This document shows, in pieces, positions 21,066-33,996 of a stretch of 64,000 nucleotides of DNA; position 1 is the first letter of the stretch, and every line of letters begins with the position of its first letter. The stretch spans positions 224,001 to 288,000 of the forward strand of contig JBBIRK010000002.1 of NCBI GenBank assembly GCA_037441845.1, in the 5' to 3' direction. The notes below the pieces were generated by a model. It saw only the letters and a program-made list of their open reading frames with translations. It made no database searches and was not told where the DNA came from. Origin of the DNA: Candidatus Zixiibacteriota bacterium (GTDB lineage: Bacteria; Zixibacteria; MSB-5A5; UBA10806; 4484-95). A program made the position numbers and the translations under genes.

Positions 21066-22040
21066 TCAATCATAGCCTATCTCCGAGCTGTCCCCGAGAT
21101 TCAGCCTGTTGTAATTCCCGATCACCGTCGAATTGTTCCCTATTAACGATGATTCGAGAAGACATTGCCTGACCTCGGCGCGGCTGGATATTATCGAATC
21201 GCGGATGATGCTGTTCTCTATCACCGCCCCGTCCGCTACGCTCACGTAAGGCCCGATCACCGAATTTATCAACCGCGCCGACGGCGAAATATAAACCGGC
21301 GGAATCACGATGGCTTCTTTGTAACTGCCGATCGTCTTGATCTGCGACAACAAGTATCGGTTGGTGTCAAGCAACGCATTCTTCTGTCCGCAATCGAACC
21401 AGCCGTCGACCGTGAAAGTCGTCATCCGACATCCGCGTTCAATCATCAACCCCAGCACATCGGTCAGCTGATATTCCCCCCGCGTCATTATGTTTTTATT
21501 GATCAACTCATCGAGACACTCGCCGAACAAGCCGGTCGATTTTATATAATAAATACCCACCAGCGCCTGATTCGATGTCGGATTTTCCGGCTTTTCCGTT
21601 AACTTGGTGATAAAACGTCCGTCGGTCTCCGCGATTCCAAACCGCCGCGGATCCTCCACCTTTTTTATTCCTATCGAATCGTAGTCGCTGTCGATTATCC
21701 GGTCCAAATTGAAATCGAATATCGTGTCGCCCAAAATTATCAGCACCGGCTGGTCACCCAAATGCGGCCGGGTAAGGTAAATCGCCCACCCCAACCCTTT
21801 CAGCTCCTTCTGCTCGACGAACGTGGCCTTGATATTGTAATGCGTTTTTACGTAATCCTCGATCATCTCCCCCAGAAAACCGATTATGAATATGATATCG
21901 CGGATATTATACGCCAAAAGTTCGTCGAGAATATGTCCGAGTATCGGCTTGCCCGCCACGTGCAGCAAAGCCTTGGGGGCCGTATGCGTATGCGGCTTCA
22001 GGCGGCTGCCGATTCCCGCCGCGGGAATGATCACTTTCAT
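21066..22040 (-). CDS. Sugar-1-phosphate nucleotidyltransferase (glucose-1-P thymidylyltransferase long form-like)
   Basis: IPAAGIGSRL, EKP, GEYQLTD, WFDCG; C-terminal left-handed beta-helix repeats. Confidence 0.85.
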   Translation of the reverse strand: MKVIIPAAGIGSRLKPHTHTAPKALLHVAGKPILGHILDELLAYNIRDIIFIIGFLGEMIEDYVKTHYNIKATFVEQKELKGLGWAIYLTRPHLGDQPVLIILGDTIFDFNLDRIIDSDYDSIGIKKVEDPRRFGIAETDGRFITKLTEKPENPTSNQALVGIYYIKSTGLFGECLDELINKNIMTRGEYQLTDVLGLMIERGCRMTTFTVDGWFDCGQKNALLDTNRYLLSQIKTIGSYKEAIVIPPVYISPSARLINSVIGPYVSVADGAVIENSIIRDSIISSRAEVRQCLLESSLIGNNSTVIGNYNRLNLGDSSEIGYD

Positions 22041-22041
22041 C

Positions 22042-23109
22042 TTAAGCCATTCCCCGAAACTTACCGAGTTTATCCTTCAAATAATTTATGAACTCCACCG
22101 GCGTCGGGTCAACCTTATTCAAAACCGCCAGATAAAACGAAACGAAATCGAGCAGATGCACCATTCCGAGCATACGTTCCAGCCGTGATTCGCCTTCCGA
22201 TTCCACTACTAACGTTTTAACCTTCCGCGATCGCAACAACTCCGTTACGATCTCGAAACGCCTTTTAATCAGCGGATGCTCCTCTTCATCTCGAAGCATC
22301 ACCACCGTAAACGCGCCCCCCGCCGTTTCATGTTTCTGCCATCCCACCAGTTCGTTGTGATTGAACTCCGGAATCTGATTGCAGAATGCCGGCTGCTTGG
22401 CGTTTTCGCAGATTTGCCCCTTGAATCTTACGCCTGCCGCCCGAAGCAGCCCGCCGCCGGTATAAATCACCGCCGTGCTTCCGTGAATCTCCTGGGCGAT
22501 AAAACGCGCCCGGCTGTTTTCCGATTCGATCAATTGGCCCACCTGAATTTCTCTCAAAGTCGCGGCGACCCGTTCGAGCTCGTTCGTATGATCGACACAT
22601 AAACCGAGCCGTCCCAGGGCGATCAGCAAAGGCGCAAACGAATATCCCAGCGCCGCCCGCGGGGGCAGCCCCGGCGGAATTATCAACGCCGGATGTTTTC
22701 TCTCCGATGCCCGGCGGCTCAACGTCCCGCCCGAGGTTATAACCAACACCTGACAACCCCGCTTGACCGCCTCCGTGTAAGCCGAGAGCGTCTCCTCCGT
22801 CTCTCCAGAATAACTCGAGCAGATAACCAATGTCCTTTGTCCGGCGTGTGACGGCAAATCGTAATCCCGCCAAACCTCGAACGGAATTTCCAGCTCCGGT
22901 GCCAAATAGCTTAAAAGCAGATCGCCGCCGATCGCCGATCCGCCCATGCCGGCGACCACGATCGACCGATAGTCTGCGGATTGAAGCGTCTCGAGATTCA
23001 CTTCTCGGCCGATATCGATTCCCTGTTTGATATGCTCAGGAAACGCGCGGATATGAGCATACATTCCCCCGGGATCCACCTTGCGAAGTTCAGCCGGTTG
23101 CATTTCCAC
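22042..23109 (-). CDS. Bifunctional phosphoglucose/phosphomannose isomerase
   Basis: GMGGSAIGG, SSYSGETEET, PRAA, ICENAK, PEFNHNE. Confidence 0.92.
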   Translation of the reverse strand: MEMQPAELRKVDPGGMYAHIRAFPEHIKQGIDIGREVNLETLQSADYRSIVVAGMGGSAIGGDLLLSYLAPELEIPFEVWRDYDLPSHAGQRTLVICSSYSGETEETLSAYTEAVKRGCQVLVITSGGTLSRRASERKHPALIIPPGLPPRAALGYSFAPLLIALGRLGLCVDHTNELERVAATLREIQVGQLIESENSRARFIAQEIHGSTAVIYTGGGLLRAAGVRFKGQICENAKQPAFCNQIPEFNHNELVGWQKHETAGGAFTVVMLRDEEEHPLIKRRFEIVTELLRSRKVKTLVVESEGESRLERMLGMVHLLDFVSFYLAVLNKVDPTPVEFINYLKDKLGKFRGMA

Positions 23110-24886
23110 CTCCCCGCATGAAATCGATCAAGGGCCTTAAATCCGGCCAGAGAATTTTTATCCGCCGCCCGATCCATTGCTCGACCTCGTCTGCGGTTTT
23201 CAAACGGCAAGCCCGTTCGGCCAGCCGGGACGCCTTGGCCGCATTAATCCGCCCGATTACAAACTTGGCCGTCCCGATCGATTGAAGGTTAAGAGATAAT
23301 TCTTCCACGCCCAAACCGACAAGCAAAACTATGCCGATCGGGTCGGCCGCCATTTCTCCGCAAACCGCCACTTTGATTCTATGCTTGCGTCCCGCTCGAA
23401 CCGTGCTCTTGATCAACTGCAAAACCGCCGGATGATAACTCTGATACAATCTCGAAATCGACTCGTTGGTTCTATCCACGGCCAACGTGTATTGAATCAG
23501 ATCATTAGTCCCGATCGAAAAGAAATCGACTTCGCGGGCCAGATGCTCGGCTATCAGCACCGCCGATGGCACTTCTATCATTATCCCGATCGGAATCTTC
23601 GCCCTGATTTCGATCCCCTCGGCGGCAAGTTCTTTTCGGCATTCCGCCACCAACTTCTTGGTCGCGATTATCTCGTCGAGACTCGATATCATCGGAAGCA
23701 TTATTTTAAGTCGGCCGTATCCGGCGGCCCTCAGCAAAGCCTTCAGCTGATTTTTGAAAACATCGGGTCGATCCAAACAAAACCGGATCGCCCTCCACCC
23801 GAGAAACGGATTCGGATCGACGGTCTTGACCGCCGAGCCGACGAATTTATCCCCGCCCAGATCATAAGTCCTTATCACCACCGGCCGCTTGCCCAGCCTC
23901 TCCAATATCTGGCGATATACTTTGAACTGCTTTTCCTGCGATGGAAACGCGTTGTTGCTTAGGAACAGATACTCGGTGCGGAACAGCCCTATCCCCTCCG
24001 CGCCGTGCTTGTCGGCACGTCCTGCCTCCGATGGTATCTCTATATTGCCGAATACCGCGATTCTCTTTTTATCGAGCGTGATCGCCGGCTTGCGGGCGAA
24101 CTTGATGACGGCCGCATTGAGACGACCCAGAATCTTGATTCTATTTTTGAACTTCTCCAGCACGGCATGATCGGGATTGACATGAACCGTTCCGGTGAAA
24201 CCATCCAAGATTATCTTATCCGATGACTTGATCTGTGCGACCGCTTCGCCCAATGCCGATACCACCGGTAATTTAAGGGACTTGGCCAAAAGCGAAGTAT
24301 GAGAGGTCGCCCCTCCCAGACCGAGCGCGAACCCGATCTTCCTCCGCACCGAAAATCCGAGCAAATCGGCCGGATTGAGAAATTTGGCGACCACCACGAT
24401 CGATTCGGAGCCGGTGCTTATCACCGTTTTCTTGATTCTCATCAAAAGCCCTATCAGCCGATGCCGCACCGCGTTGATATCGACTATCCGCTCTTTCAAA
24501 TATGCATCCGATGATTGGGAGATCTGCTCGATCACCGCCCGAGTTTCCCTATCATAAATATAAGCGGCCGCAAGTTTTTCCTTCTCGATATGCTCCACCA
24601 CTTTTTCCACGACCACCGGATCGCCGGCCATCATCGCCTGGGCCTCGAATATCGTCGCATATTCGGGGCCGAGCCGCTCGCCCACGTTGGCCGCCAGTTT
24701 CAAAAGCTCCCTTTTCACCTTGGCGATCGCGTTGCGAAAATCGGCCACCTCTTTTGCCACATCTTCGGGCTTGATCGCCGTCGGCGGTATTTCTATCTGC
24801 GTGTAATCGAGTACGACCGCATTGCCGATCAAAATCCCGGGAGACGCAGCCACTCCCCGAAATATCCGATAATCGGAATTGTTCAC
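23090..24886 (-). CDS. ptsI: PTS enzyme I (PEP-protein phosphotransferase)
   Basis: TSHT phospho-His motif, GIGLFRTE, DFFSIGTNDL, CGEMA. Confidence 0.96.
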   Translation of the reverse strand: MNNSDYRIFRGVAASPGILIGNAVVLDYTQIEIPPTAIKPEDVAKEVADFRNAIAKVKRELLKLAANVGERLGPEYATIFEAQAMMAGDPVVVEKVVEHIEKEKLAAAYIYDRETRAVIEQISQSSDAYLKERIVDINAVRHRLIGLLMRIKKTVISTGSESIVVVAKFLNPADLLGFSVRRKIGFALGLGGATSHTSLLAKSLKLPVVSALGEAVAQIKSSDKIILDGFTGTVHVNPDHAVLEKFKNRIKILGRLNAAVIKFARKPAITLDKKRIAVFGNIEIPSEAGRADKHGAEGIGLFRTEYLFLSNNAFPSQEKQFKVYRQILERLGKRPVVIRTYDLGGDKFVGSAVKTVDPNPFLGWRAIRFCLDRPDVFKNQLKALLRAAGYGRLKIMLPMISSLDEIIATKKLVAECRKELAAEGIEIRAKIPIGIMIEVPSAVLIAEHLAREVDFFSIGTNDLIQYTLAVDRTNESISRLYQSYHPAVLQLIKSTVRAGRKHRIKVAVCGEMAADPIGIVLLVGLGVEELSLNLQSIGTAKFVIGRINAAKASRLAERACRLKTADEVEQWIGRRIKILWPDLRPLIDFMRGGGNATG

Positions 24887-25155
24887 CTATTCCTCGCCGA
24901 ACTTTGTTTCGAAAACCTTGACCATCGCCTCCAGCGCCTCGTTTTCGTCTCGGCCCTTGGCTATAACCATTATCTTGGCGCCTTTTTCGGCGGCAAGCAT
25001 CATCACACCCATGATACTCTTGCCGTTTACCTCGAGTCCCTCCCGCCGCAACATTATCTCCGATTCGAACTTCGACGCCGTTTTCACCAATTGGGCTGCC
25101 GGTCTGGCATGCAAACCCAGCTTGTTGATTATCGTCACCTCGCGCGATACCAATT

Positions 25156-25159
<4 letters not shown>
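24887..25159 (-). CDS. ptsH: Phosphocarrier protein HPr
   Basis: GLHARPA (His15) and KSIMGVM (Ser46). Confidence 0.95.
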
Positions 25160-27223
<2,064 letters not shown>

Positions 27224-27988
27224 TCACTGGCCGGAGTATAGCTCATTGATTATTCCGCGCAGCTCGCTGGGCGTGACATTGCGGATCAGTTTCCCCTCGT
27301 GCGCATACGATATCTGGCCCGTTTCCTCACTGACCACTATCACCAGCGCGTCGGTCTCCTCGGCCAAACCCACCGCCGCCTTGTGGCGCATTCCGTACAA
27401 CCGGGCGTAGGCGGGGTTCTGGCTCAGCGGAAGCGTGCAGCTTGCCGCCACCAGCTGATCGCCCCGGATAATCACCGCGCCGTCGTGAAGCGGTGTATGG
27501 GGAGTGAAAATGCTTTCGAGAAGCTCATGAGACAGGTTGGCGTTCAATTCCTTGCCGGTTTCGGCATATCCCGACAGCCTCATTTGGTTCTCGAGTACAA
27601 TCAGTGCGCCGTAGTGAAGGTCCGCCAGCTTTTCCACCGCCTTCATCAGATCTTCGATCGTGCTTCTGGTTTCCGGCTTGAACAGATAACGCAATATCCG
27701 ATTCTGTCCCAATCTGACGAACGATCGGCGAAGCTCCGGTTGCAGAATGACCACCAGCACCACTATCCCGAATGCCGCTATATTCGATATGAACCACTGA
27801 ACCATCGATAAATCCAGCCAATACGATACCACTCCGATAAGAAAAAACGTCAATATCCCGATTAGCAATTCGAGCGATCTGATATTTCTCACCAAAAGCA
27901 GAAATCGATAGAAAAAATAGCCGACCAAAAGCACGTCAATAAGGTCTATCAGCGTGAAATCGAGAAATCCGATATGAAACAAAGTCAT
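27224..27988 (-). CDS. cdaA: Membrane diadenylate cyclase CdaA
   Basis: 3 TM segments, QPELR, PLHDGA, GMRHKAA, VSEETG. Confidence 0.93.
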   Translation of the reverse strand: MTLFHIGFLDFTLIDLIDVLLVGYFFYRFLLLVRNIRSLELLIGILTFFLIGVVSYWLDLSMVQWFISNIAAFGIVVLVVILQPELRRSFVRLGQNRILRYLFKPETRSTIEDLMKAVEKLADLHYGALIVLENQMRLSGYAETGKELNANLSHELLESIFTPHTPLHDGAVIIRGDQLVAASCTLPLSQNPAYARLYGMRHKAAVGLAEETDALVIVVSEETGQISYAHEGKLIRNVTPSELRGIINELYSGQ

Positions 27989-28860
27989 CGACCGGCCTCC
28001 TCGATCGCCTCGATAATTCTCAGGGCGCGATAAGTTTCCGGAACGTCGTGCACCCGAACCACAGCCGCTCCTTTCAGCACCGCATATACGGCCGCGGCCA
28101 ATGAACCCTCAAGCCTTTGATCAACCGGCAATTTCAACGTATTCCCTATGAATGACTTGCGCGATACTCCGATCAACACCGGGTAGCCCGATTTCGTGAA
28201 TCTATCGAGATTCCTCATGATAATCAGGTTGTGTTCGGTGGTCTTGCCGAACCCGATGCCCGGATCGATCATGATTTTCGAATGTGCCACTCCGGCCGCC
28301 ATCGCTTTTTCGACCGCCGCCATTAAAAACGACTCGATCTCGCCCAGCAAATCGTCATAATGGATATTAAGCTGCATCGTCGCCGGCGTCCCCCTCATAT
28401 GCATCAACACCAGCCCGACACCGAACTCCGCGGCCGTCCGGGCCATCTGCGGATCGTGCTGCAAACCGCTTATATCGTTGATCATCGCCGCGCCCGCTAT
28501 ACAAGCCGCCCGGGCTACCGCCGAACGCCGGGTGTCGATCGAAATCGGTTTATTCAATTTCCCCCGCAATCCTTCGATAACCGGCATCACCCGGTCCAGT
28601 TCTTCGTTTATAGTCACTTCGTTCGCCCCGGGCCGTGACGATTCGCCCCCGATATCGATAATATCCGCTCCTTGTTCGGCCATCCGCAAGGCATGTTCTA
28701 TCGCCGGGTCCGGCTGCAAAAACCGCCCGCCGTCCGAAAACGAATCGGGCGTCACGTTCAGAATACCCATCAAGAGAGCCCGCCGTCTGCCCGCATCGAT
28801 GTTCGGTATATCCAGTTTACTTGACATTAAAAAGCAATTATCGCGGAATCCTTCATTCAT
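27985..28860 (-). CDS. folP: Dihydropteroate synthase
   Basis: GILNVTPDSFSDGG, DPGIGFGK, SRKS, RVHDV. Confidence 0.96.
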   Translation of the reverse strand: MNEGFRDNCFLMSSKLDIPNIDAGRRRALLMGILNVTPDSFSDGGRFLQPDPAIEHALRMAEQGADIIDIGGESSRPGANEVTINEELDRVMPVIEGLRGKLNKPISIDTRRSAVARAACIAGAAMINDISGLQHDPQMARTAAEFGVGLVLMHMRGTPATMQLNIHYDDLLGEIESFLMAAVEKAMAAGVAHSKIMIDPGIGFGKTTEHNLIIMRNLDRFTKSGYPVLIGVSRKSFIGNTLKLPVDQRLEGSLAAAVYAVLKGAAVVRVHDVPETYRALRIIEAIEEAGR

Positions 28861-28866
28861 CTTCGG

Positions 28867-29448
28867 CTATCGCGATTTGATAAGCAGCAGTGCCTCCTCG
28901 CGGGTCGCCTCGTTGCGCAGCGCCCCGCGCACCGCCGAACTTATGGTTTTCACGCCGGGCTGGGCCAACCCGCGCATGGTCAAGCAGAGCTGTTCGGCCT
29001 CGACCACCACCAGCACTCCCTTAGGCCGGAGCACTTCAACCAGAACCTCGGCGATCTCCGTGGTCATCCGCTCTTGAATCTGCGGCCGTCGGGAAATCGA
29101 CTCGACCACCCCGGCCAGCCTGGCGAAACCGGTTATCGTGTTGTTGCGCGGAATATAAGCGATATGAACGTGACCGAAAAAGGGCAAAAAGTGATGTTCG
29201 CACATCGAAAAAAAATGAATGTTCCTCGCTATGATCAATTCGTCGCGGTTCTCGGCGTGATACAACTTGAGCTTTTTCTTGGGATCGCTATGTAACTGCC
29301 CGAAAAATTGCGCGTAAAACTCGGCCATGCGGCGGGCCGTGTCTTTCAAGCCTTCGGTGGAATGATCGAGCCCCAGCCCTTCAAGTATCAACGAGGCGCC
29401 TCGGCGGATCAGCCCGGTGTCAATCTTTTTCGGCGATCTTTTCTTCAG
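28867..29448 (-). CDS. folE: GTP cyclohydrolase I (start probably non-canonical, inside the ftsH 3' end)
   Basis: [24 protein letters not shown]; the frame stays open upstream of the TTG at 29391, through ATT 29424 and CTG 29448. Confidence 0.9.
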   Translation of the reverse strand: MKKRSPKKIDTGLIRRGASLILEGLGLDHSTEGLKDTARRMAEFYAQFFGQLHSDPKKKLKLYHAENRDELIIARNIHFFSMCEHHFLPFFGHVHIAYIPRNNTITGFARLAGVVESISRRPQIQERMTTEIAEVLVEVLRPKGVLVVVEAEQLCLTMRGLAQPGVKTISSAVRGALRNEATREEALLLIKSR

Positions 29449-31354
29449 CGGCCTTCTCCCCGATTATCTCGTCTATCTGGTCTCCATCGAGCGATTCCTT
29501 TTCCAACAACACCGCCGCCAGCCGGTGCAGCGTCTCGATATTTTCCGAAAGCAATCGCTCCGCCCGCTTCTGCGCTTCGAGCACTATCCGTTTGACTTCG
29601 TCGTCGATATCCTGGGCCGTCTTCTCCGAATAATCCCGGGCCGTCGCCAATTCTTTACCCAGGAAAATATGCTCCTCTTTCTTGCCGAACGTCAAGGGCC
29701 CCAATTTCTCCGACATCCCCCAGTTACAAACCATTCGGCGCGCCAGATTGGTCGCCTGCTCCAGATCGTTGCCGGCGCCCGTGGTCAGTTGGTCGAACAC
29801 CAACGATTCGGCCACTCTTCCGCCCATTATCTGCACCAGCTTGGTTTCCAGATAACTTTTCGAAAGCGTATGTCTTTCGTCGATCGGCAAATAATGGGTC
29901 AGTCCGAGCGCTATTCCTCGGGGAATGATCGTAACCTTATACACGGGGTCCGAGCCGGGTATCAGTTTTCCCAGCAGTGCGTGACCGGCCTCATGATAGG
30001 CGGTGATTTTCCTTTCCTCGGGTGAAATCATCAACGATCGCCTCTCTATCCCCATCATTACTTTATCTTTGGCCTCCTCGAAATCCGACATCATCACCCG
30101 TTCGTGATTCTTGCGCGCGGCCAAAAGCGCCGCCTCGTTGACCAGATTGGCCAGATCGGCTCCCGACAAACCGGGGGTTCCCCGCGCCAGCACCTTCAGA
30201 TCGACCTTGTCATCGATATTTATCTTGCGCACGTGCACCTTGATTATCCCTTCCCGGCCTTTCACGTCGGGATTGTTCACCACGATCTGCCGGTCGAATC
30301 TCCCCGGCCGCAACAACGCCGGATCGAGAACGTCGGGACGGTTGGTGGCCGCCAGTATGATCACGCCGTCGTTGGATTCGAATCCGTCCATCTCGACTAA
30401 TAACTGATTTAGGGTCTGCTCCCGCTCGTCGTGACCTCCCCCCAGTCCGGCGCCCCTATGCCTTCCGACTGCGTCGATCTCATCTATGAAAATGATACAA
30501 GGAGCGTTGCGTTTCCCCTGATCGAACAGGTCCCTCACTCTGGAGGCGCCCACGCCGACGAACATCTCCACGAAATCGGACCCCGACATCGAAAAAAACG
30601 GAACTCCGGCTTCTCCCGCGACCGCTTTAGCCAGCAGCGTCTTACCCGAACCGGGCGGCCCCAATAGCAGCGCCCCTTTGGGAATCTTCCCTCCCAGCTT
30701 TTGAAATCGGGCCGGCTCGCGCAGAAAATCGATTATCTCCTGCAATTCCTGTTTGGCCTCGTCGCACCCTGCCACATCCGAAAAAGTCACTTTGGGACGG
30801 CTCCCCGACAGCAGACGCGCCCGCGATTTGCCGAAAGAAAATATCCCTTTCGGACCGGCACCCTGCATCTGCCTGAGCATGAAAATCATCCAGAAAACCA
30901 ATAGCAGCCAAGGCAACGATGTCCAAAGCAACCCAATCCATTGCTGGGTCGGCTGCGCTTCCACCGTTACCCCTTTGGCCTCGAGCGTCTCGATCAACTT
31001 CGGATCCTCGAACGGCACGCGGGTCTTGAATTTCTTCCCGGCGATCGTGCGATTTCCCACCGTCTTCTTGTATTCCGCCTTGAATTCGCCCTTGATCTCT
31101 TTCTCGACAAAAATCGCCTTGGAGACGTTCCCCTCGTCGATCTGTCTCAAGAATTCGCTGTAGTTGATCTCGATTGTCCCTTGAGCGCCGCCGGTCAATA
31201 ATTGATAAAACACCAGGCCGGCCATGAAAATGACCGCCCAGAAAAGCAGCGTCCTCAAGCTCTTTTGCCATTTGAAATCATGCCCGCCGCCCGGCTGCTT
31301 CTGATTTTTCCTGGACGGGTTATTCGAATCATCGTCGGATCTATTGAAATCCAC
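29420..31354 (-). CDS. ftsH: ATP-dependent zinc metalloprotease FtsH
   Basis: 2 TM segments, [25 protein letters not shown]. Confidence 0.98.
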   Translation of the reverse strand: MDFNRSDDDSNNPSRKNQKQPGGGHDFKWQKSLRTLLFWAVIFMAGLVFYQLLTGGAQGTIEINYSEFLRQIDEGNVSKAIFVEKEIKGEFKAEYKKTVGNRTIAGKKFKTRVPFEDPKLIETLEAKGVTVEAQPTQQWIGLLWTSLPWLLLVFWMIFMLRQMQGAGPKGIFSFGKSRARLLSGSRPKVTFSDVAGCDEAKQELQEIIDFLREPARFQKLGGKIPKGALLLGPPGSGKTLLAKAVAGEAGVPFFSMSGSDFVEMFVGVGASRVRDLFDQGKRNAPCIIFIDEIDAVGRHRGAGLGGGHDEREQTLNQLLVEMDGFESNDGVIILAATNRPDVLDPALLRPGRFDRQIVVNNPDVKGREGIIKVHVRKINIDDKVDLKVLARGTPGLSGADLANLVNEAALLAARKNHERVMMSDFEEAKDKVMMGIERRSLMISPEERKITAYHEAGHALLGKLIPGSDPVYKVTIIPRGIALGLTHYLPIDERHTLSKSYLETKLVQIMGGRVAESLVFDQLTTGAGNDLEQATNLARRMVCNWGMSEKLGPLTFGKKEEHIFLGKELATARDYSEKTAQDIDDEVKRIVLEAQKRAERLLSENIETLHRLAAVLLEKESLDGDQIDEIIGEKAAEEKIAEKD

Positions 31355-31367
31355 CTTTTACCTCGCT

Positions 31368-31877
31368 TCAATCGTCGCAGATAGCCACATACGGCAACTG
31401 ACGAAACCGCTCGCCGTAATCGAGGCCGTAGCCGACCACGAATTTCGTGGGTATCTTGAATCCAGTGTATTTAATATTAATATCGATTTTTCGCGCCTTA
31501 TATTTATCGAGCAAAGCCACGAATTCGATCGATTTAGGTTGCCTGAGCGCCAGATATTGCTTGATATAGTTCGATGTCAGCCCGGTGTCGATTATATCCT
31601 CGACCACCAACACGTGCCTTTTCCTGATATTTGCGCCTATATCCTTGACCAGACGGATTACTCCGGTTCCGCTTTTGCCGGCGCCGTAACTTGCCACAGC
31701 CATGAAATCCAGTTCGCATTCGGCCCGATACTCGCGCACCAGATCGGCCATGAATATGAAACTCCCTTTGAGTATGCCGATAAAAATCGGAACTTCGTCC
31801 TTGTAATCGGCCAGCACTTCCTGGGCCAGCGATTTTATCCGGGCGGCGATCCGCTTTTCCGATATGAGAACCTTCAT
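31368..31877 (-). CDS. hpt: Hypoxanthine phosphoribosyltransferase
   Basis: VLVVEDIIDTG, FVVGYGLD; ATGA overlap with the tilS stop. Confidence 0.95.
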   Translation of the reverse strand: MKVLISEKRIAARIKSLAQEVLADYKDEVPIFIGILKGSFIFMADLVREYRAECELDFMAVASYGAGKSGTGVIRLVKDIGANIRKRHVLVVEDIIDTGLTSNYIKQYLALRQPKSIEFVALLDKYKARKIDINIKYTGFKIPTKFVVGYGLDYGERFRQLPYVAICDD

Positions 31878-33253
31878 CGCTTTTTCCAAACCAGATTAAG
31901 CTCCACCACCTTGCGCGTGTCAGGGCCGACTTTGAATTCATCGCTGATTCCATAGCCGGCGATCCAGGCGATCTTGCCGCCCGCGGTAACTATCGGAACC
32001 CGCTCTTTGGCCCGGCCCGCAACTCCCTTCTCGTTCAAAAAATCGGCCACTTTCTTGCTGCCTCTCAGGTTCAGAGGCTTAAACCTGTCCCCCGCTTTTA
32101 AGTTCCTGACTTGAAGATCGACCGCCTTTTCCGCATCCAGAAAAGCTCTGCATTCGTTTTTGTTGCGGGTTATTTCCTCCCGTGATTTCACCCTGCGAAT
32201 CTCGGCTTTTATCGCCATCCCATCATCGGAGATGACCGTGGCCTTTTCATAGTTGATCTTGCATTTTTTCAGCGGGGCAGCGGGCGTAACCAACCCCAAG
32301 CGGCTGCGAAATCGAATCGCCAGAACTCGTGAACTCAACCAGACACAAGAACCGTTGCTTTCCAGCGACAAAGCCTGTTCGATCAGACTGCGTCTCGGCC
32401 GATAACCGTCACCGCTCAACCGCCGATAAGCCTTCAACAGCACCCAATCCGCCAATTTTGCATGATACCCCCCCAGTTTGGTCATGTCAAGCCGGATTTC
32501 GCCTTCGCGACTGCTGCTGCACTTTTCCAGCGCTTCCTCGGCCAGCTCATCGATCAACTCGTAACAACGCCTGATCCGCATAGCGGCCTCGGCGATATGC
32601 TGAACCGCGGAACCGTTCAATTCGCGAAACACCGGCATCACCCGGTTTCTGATTTTATTTCGCGCGAATATATCCTTCAAATTGCTCGGATCGATCCGGT
32701 AACTCAGCTTATTCTCGGTAAGGAATTCCATGACCTCTTTCCGCCCGATCTCGAGAAGCGGCCTGATAACTTTCCCGGCCGCCGGATTGATTCCCCCCAG
32801 ACCGCCGACATCCGCGCCTCTTATCAAATTCAGTATAAACGTTTCGGCGCTGTCGTCAGCCGTGTGGCCGGTGGCGATTTTTGCGTATCCGAATCTATTA
32901 CTCAGTTTATCGAAATAATCGTATCTGACCGATCGGCAGTATTCCTCGAGATTGCGCCGACAGCTTTTTTTCGACTCGCCTGCGGCGTCCACCCGAATGC
33001 AATGAAACCGCACTCGATTGAAACGGCAAAGCTCCCGGCAGAATATCTGCTCTTGGTCCGCCTCCGGTCGTAAACCGTAGTTAACATGGGCGGCTCCCAA
33101 ATCGAATTTAAGGCTCCCCGCCAAAAACACCAAAGCCTGAAATAGGCAGACCGAATCCGGACCTCCCGACAGCGCGATCAAAACTTTCTCGCCCCGCCCG
33201 ATCATGGCGTATCTTCTTATCGTTTTTTCGATTTTCCGCAAAACAGCGTCCAT
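31874..33253 (-). CDS. tilS: tRNA(Ile)-lysidine synthetase
   Basis: SGGPDS PP-loop, HTADDSAET, IRPLL, RNKIR; tilS-hpt-ftsH synteny. Confidence 0.95.
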   Translation of the reverse strand: MDAVLRKIEKTIRRYAMIGRGEKVLIALSGGPDSVCLFQALVFLAGSLKFDLGAAHVNYGLRPEADQEQIFCRELCRFNRVRFHCIRVDAAGESKKSCRRNLEEYCRSVRYDYFDKLSNRFGYAKIATGHTADDSAETFILNLIRGADVGGLGGINPAAGKVIRPLLEIGRKEVMEFLTENKLSYRIDPSNLKDIFARNKIRNRVMPVFRELNGSAVQHIAEAAMRIRRCYELIDELAEEALEKCSSSREGEIRLDMTKLGGYHAKLADWVLLKAYRRLSGDGYRPRRSLIEQALSLESNGSCVWLSSRVLAIRFRSRLGLVTPAAPLKKCKINYEKATVISDDGMAIKAEIRRVKSREEITRNKNECRAFLDAEKAVDLQVRNLKAGDRFKPLNLRGSKKVADFLNEKGVAGRAKERVPIVTAGGKIAWIAGYGISDEFKVGPDTRKVVELNLVWKKR

Positions 33254-33421
33254 CGGTCCCCGACACTTTCACTCATCCGAGGTTATGATCTCTTTTCTGC
33301 TTATGAAAAACCACATAAACCGGCGACCGTATCCCGCCGCCCGAAGGAAATTGCGTGCACCAAATCGAACGAACCCGAACTCCCGCGGCGCCGACCGCAG
33401 GTTATCGCCGCCTCCGTTGGA

Positions 33422-33811
33422 TTATGCTTTCGAAACTTTACCTGTCCCGAGACAGAACCGGCACACGACCAGCTTCTTGGTGTTCCTGCTCTCACCGGCC
33501 GCATCGAGACACTCGAAACAACTGGTGAGTCGAAAATCGGCGAACAATCCCTGATGGTGTCCCTTGTCATAGGGCTGCCCCTTGCCGCATTTCCCGGTGC
33601 CCTCGCAATGGCTGCATTCCACCGGCTCGCCCGGCGGCGGTGTCGGCTTGGGGGCGATCTCCACGGTCGCTTTTTCGGTGGCTTTTGCGCGCTCGATAGG
33701 TTGTTTCTTTGCTGCCGTTTTCTTGGTCTTGGCGGTGCTCTTTTTTGCCGTCTTGGTTCCGGTCGAGCTTTTGCCGCTTCTCGAAGTTCCGGCCTTTTTC
33801 TTGACCGGCAT
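33422..33811 (-). CDS. Hypothetical protein: Lys/Ala/Thr-rich N-terminus plus CxxCxGxG zinc-finger C-terminus
   Basis: AAGGAGG SD before ATG; CSHCEGTGKC, CFEC, CRFCLGTG. Confidence 0.75.
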   Translation of the reverse strand: MPVKKKAGTSRSGKSSTGTKTAKKSTAKTKKTAAKKQPIERAKATEKATVEIAPKPTPPPGEPVECSHCEGTGKCGKGQPYDKGHHQGLFADFRLTSCFECLDAAGESRNTKKLVVCRFCLGTGKVSKA

Positions 33812-33996
33812 GTCAACCTCCTTTGATCATACCCGATAAGTCCCGATCGATCGCTCGGAGATACCCGATCATTCGGTCCGACCGAGAATCCCTGCTCTCA
33901 TGAAATTCATTATAGCCATGTTTATTTCCTTCGGGCAATATAAATTTAACCACCGAGCTGCCGATATTCTTATCCAGACTTAAAGCTTGAGGTCAA

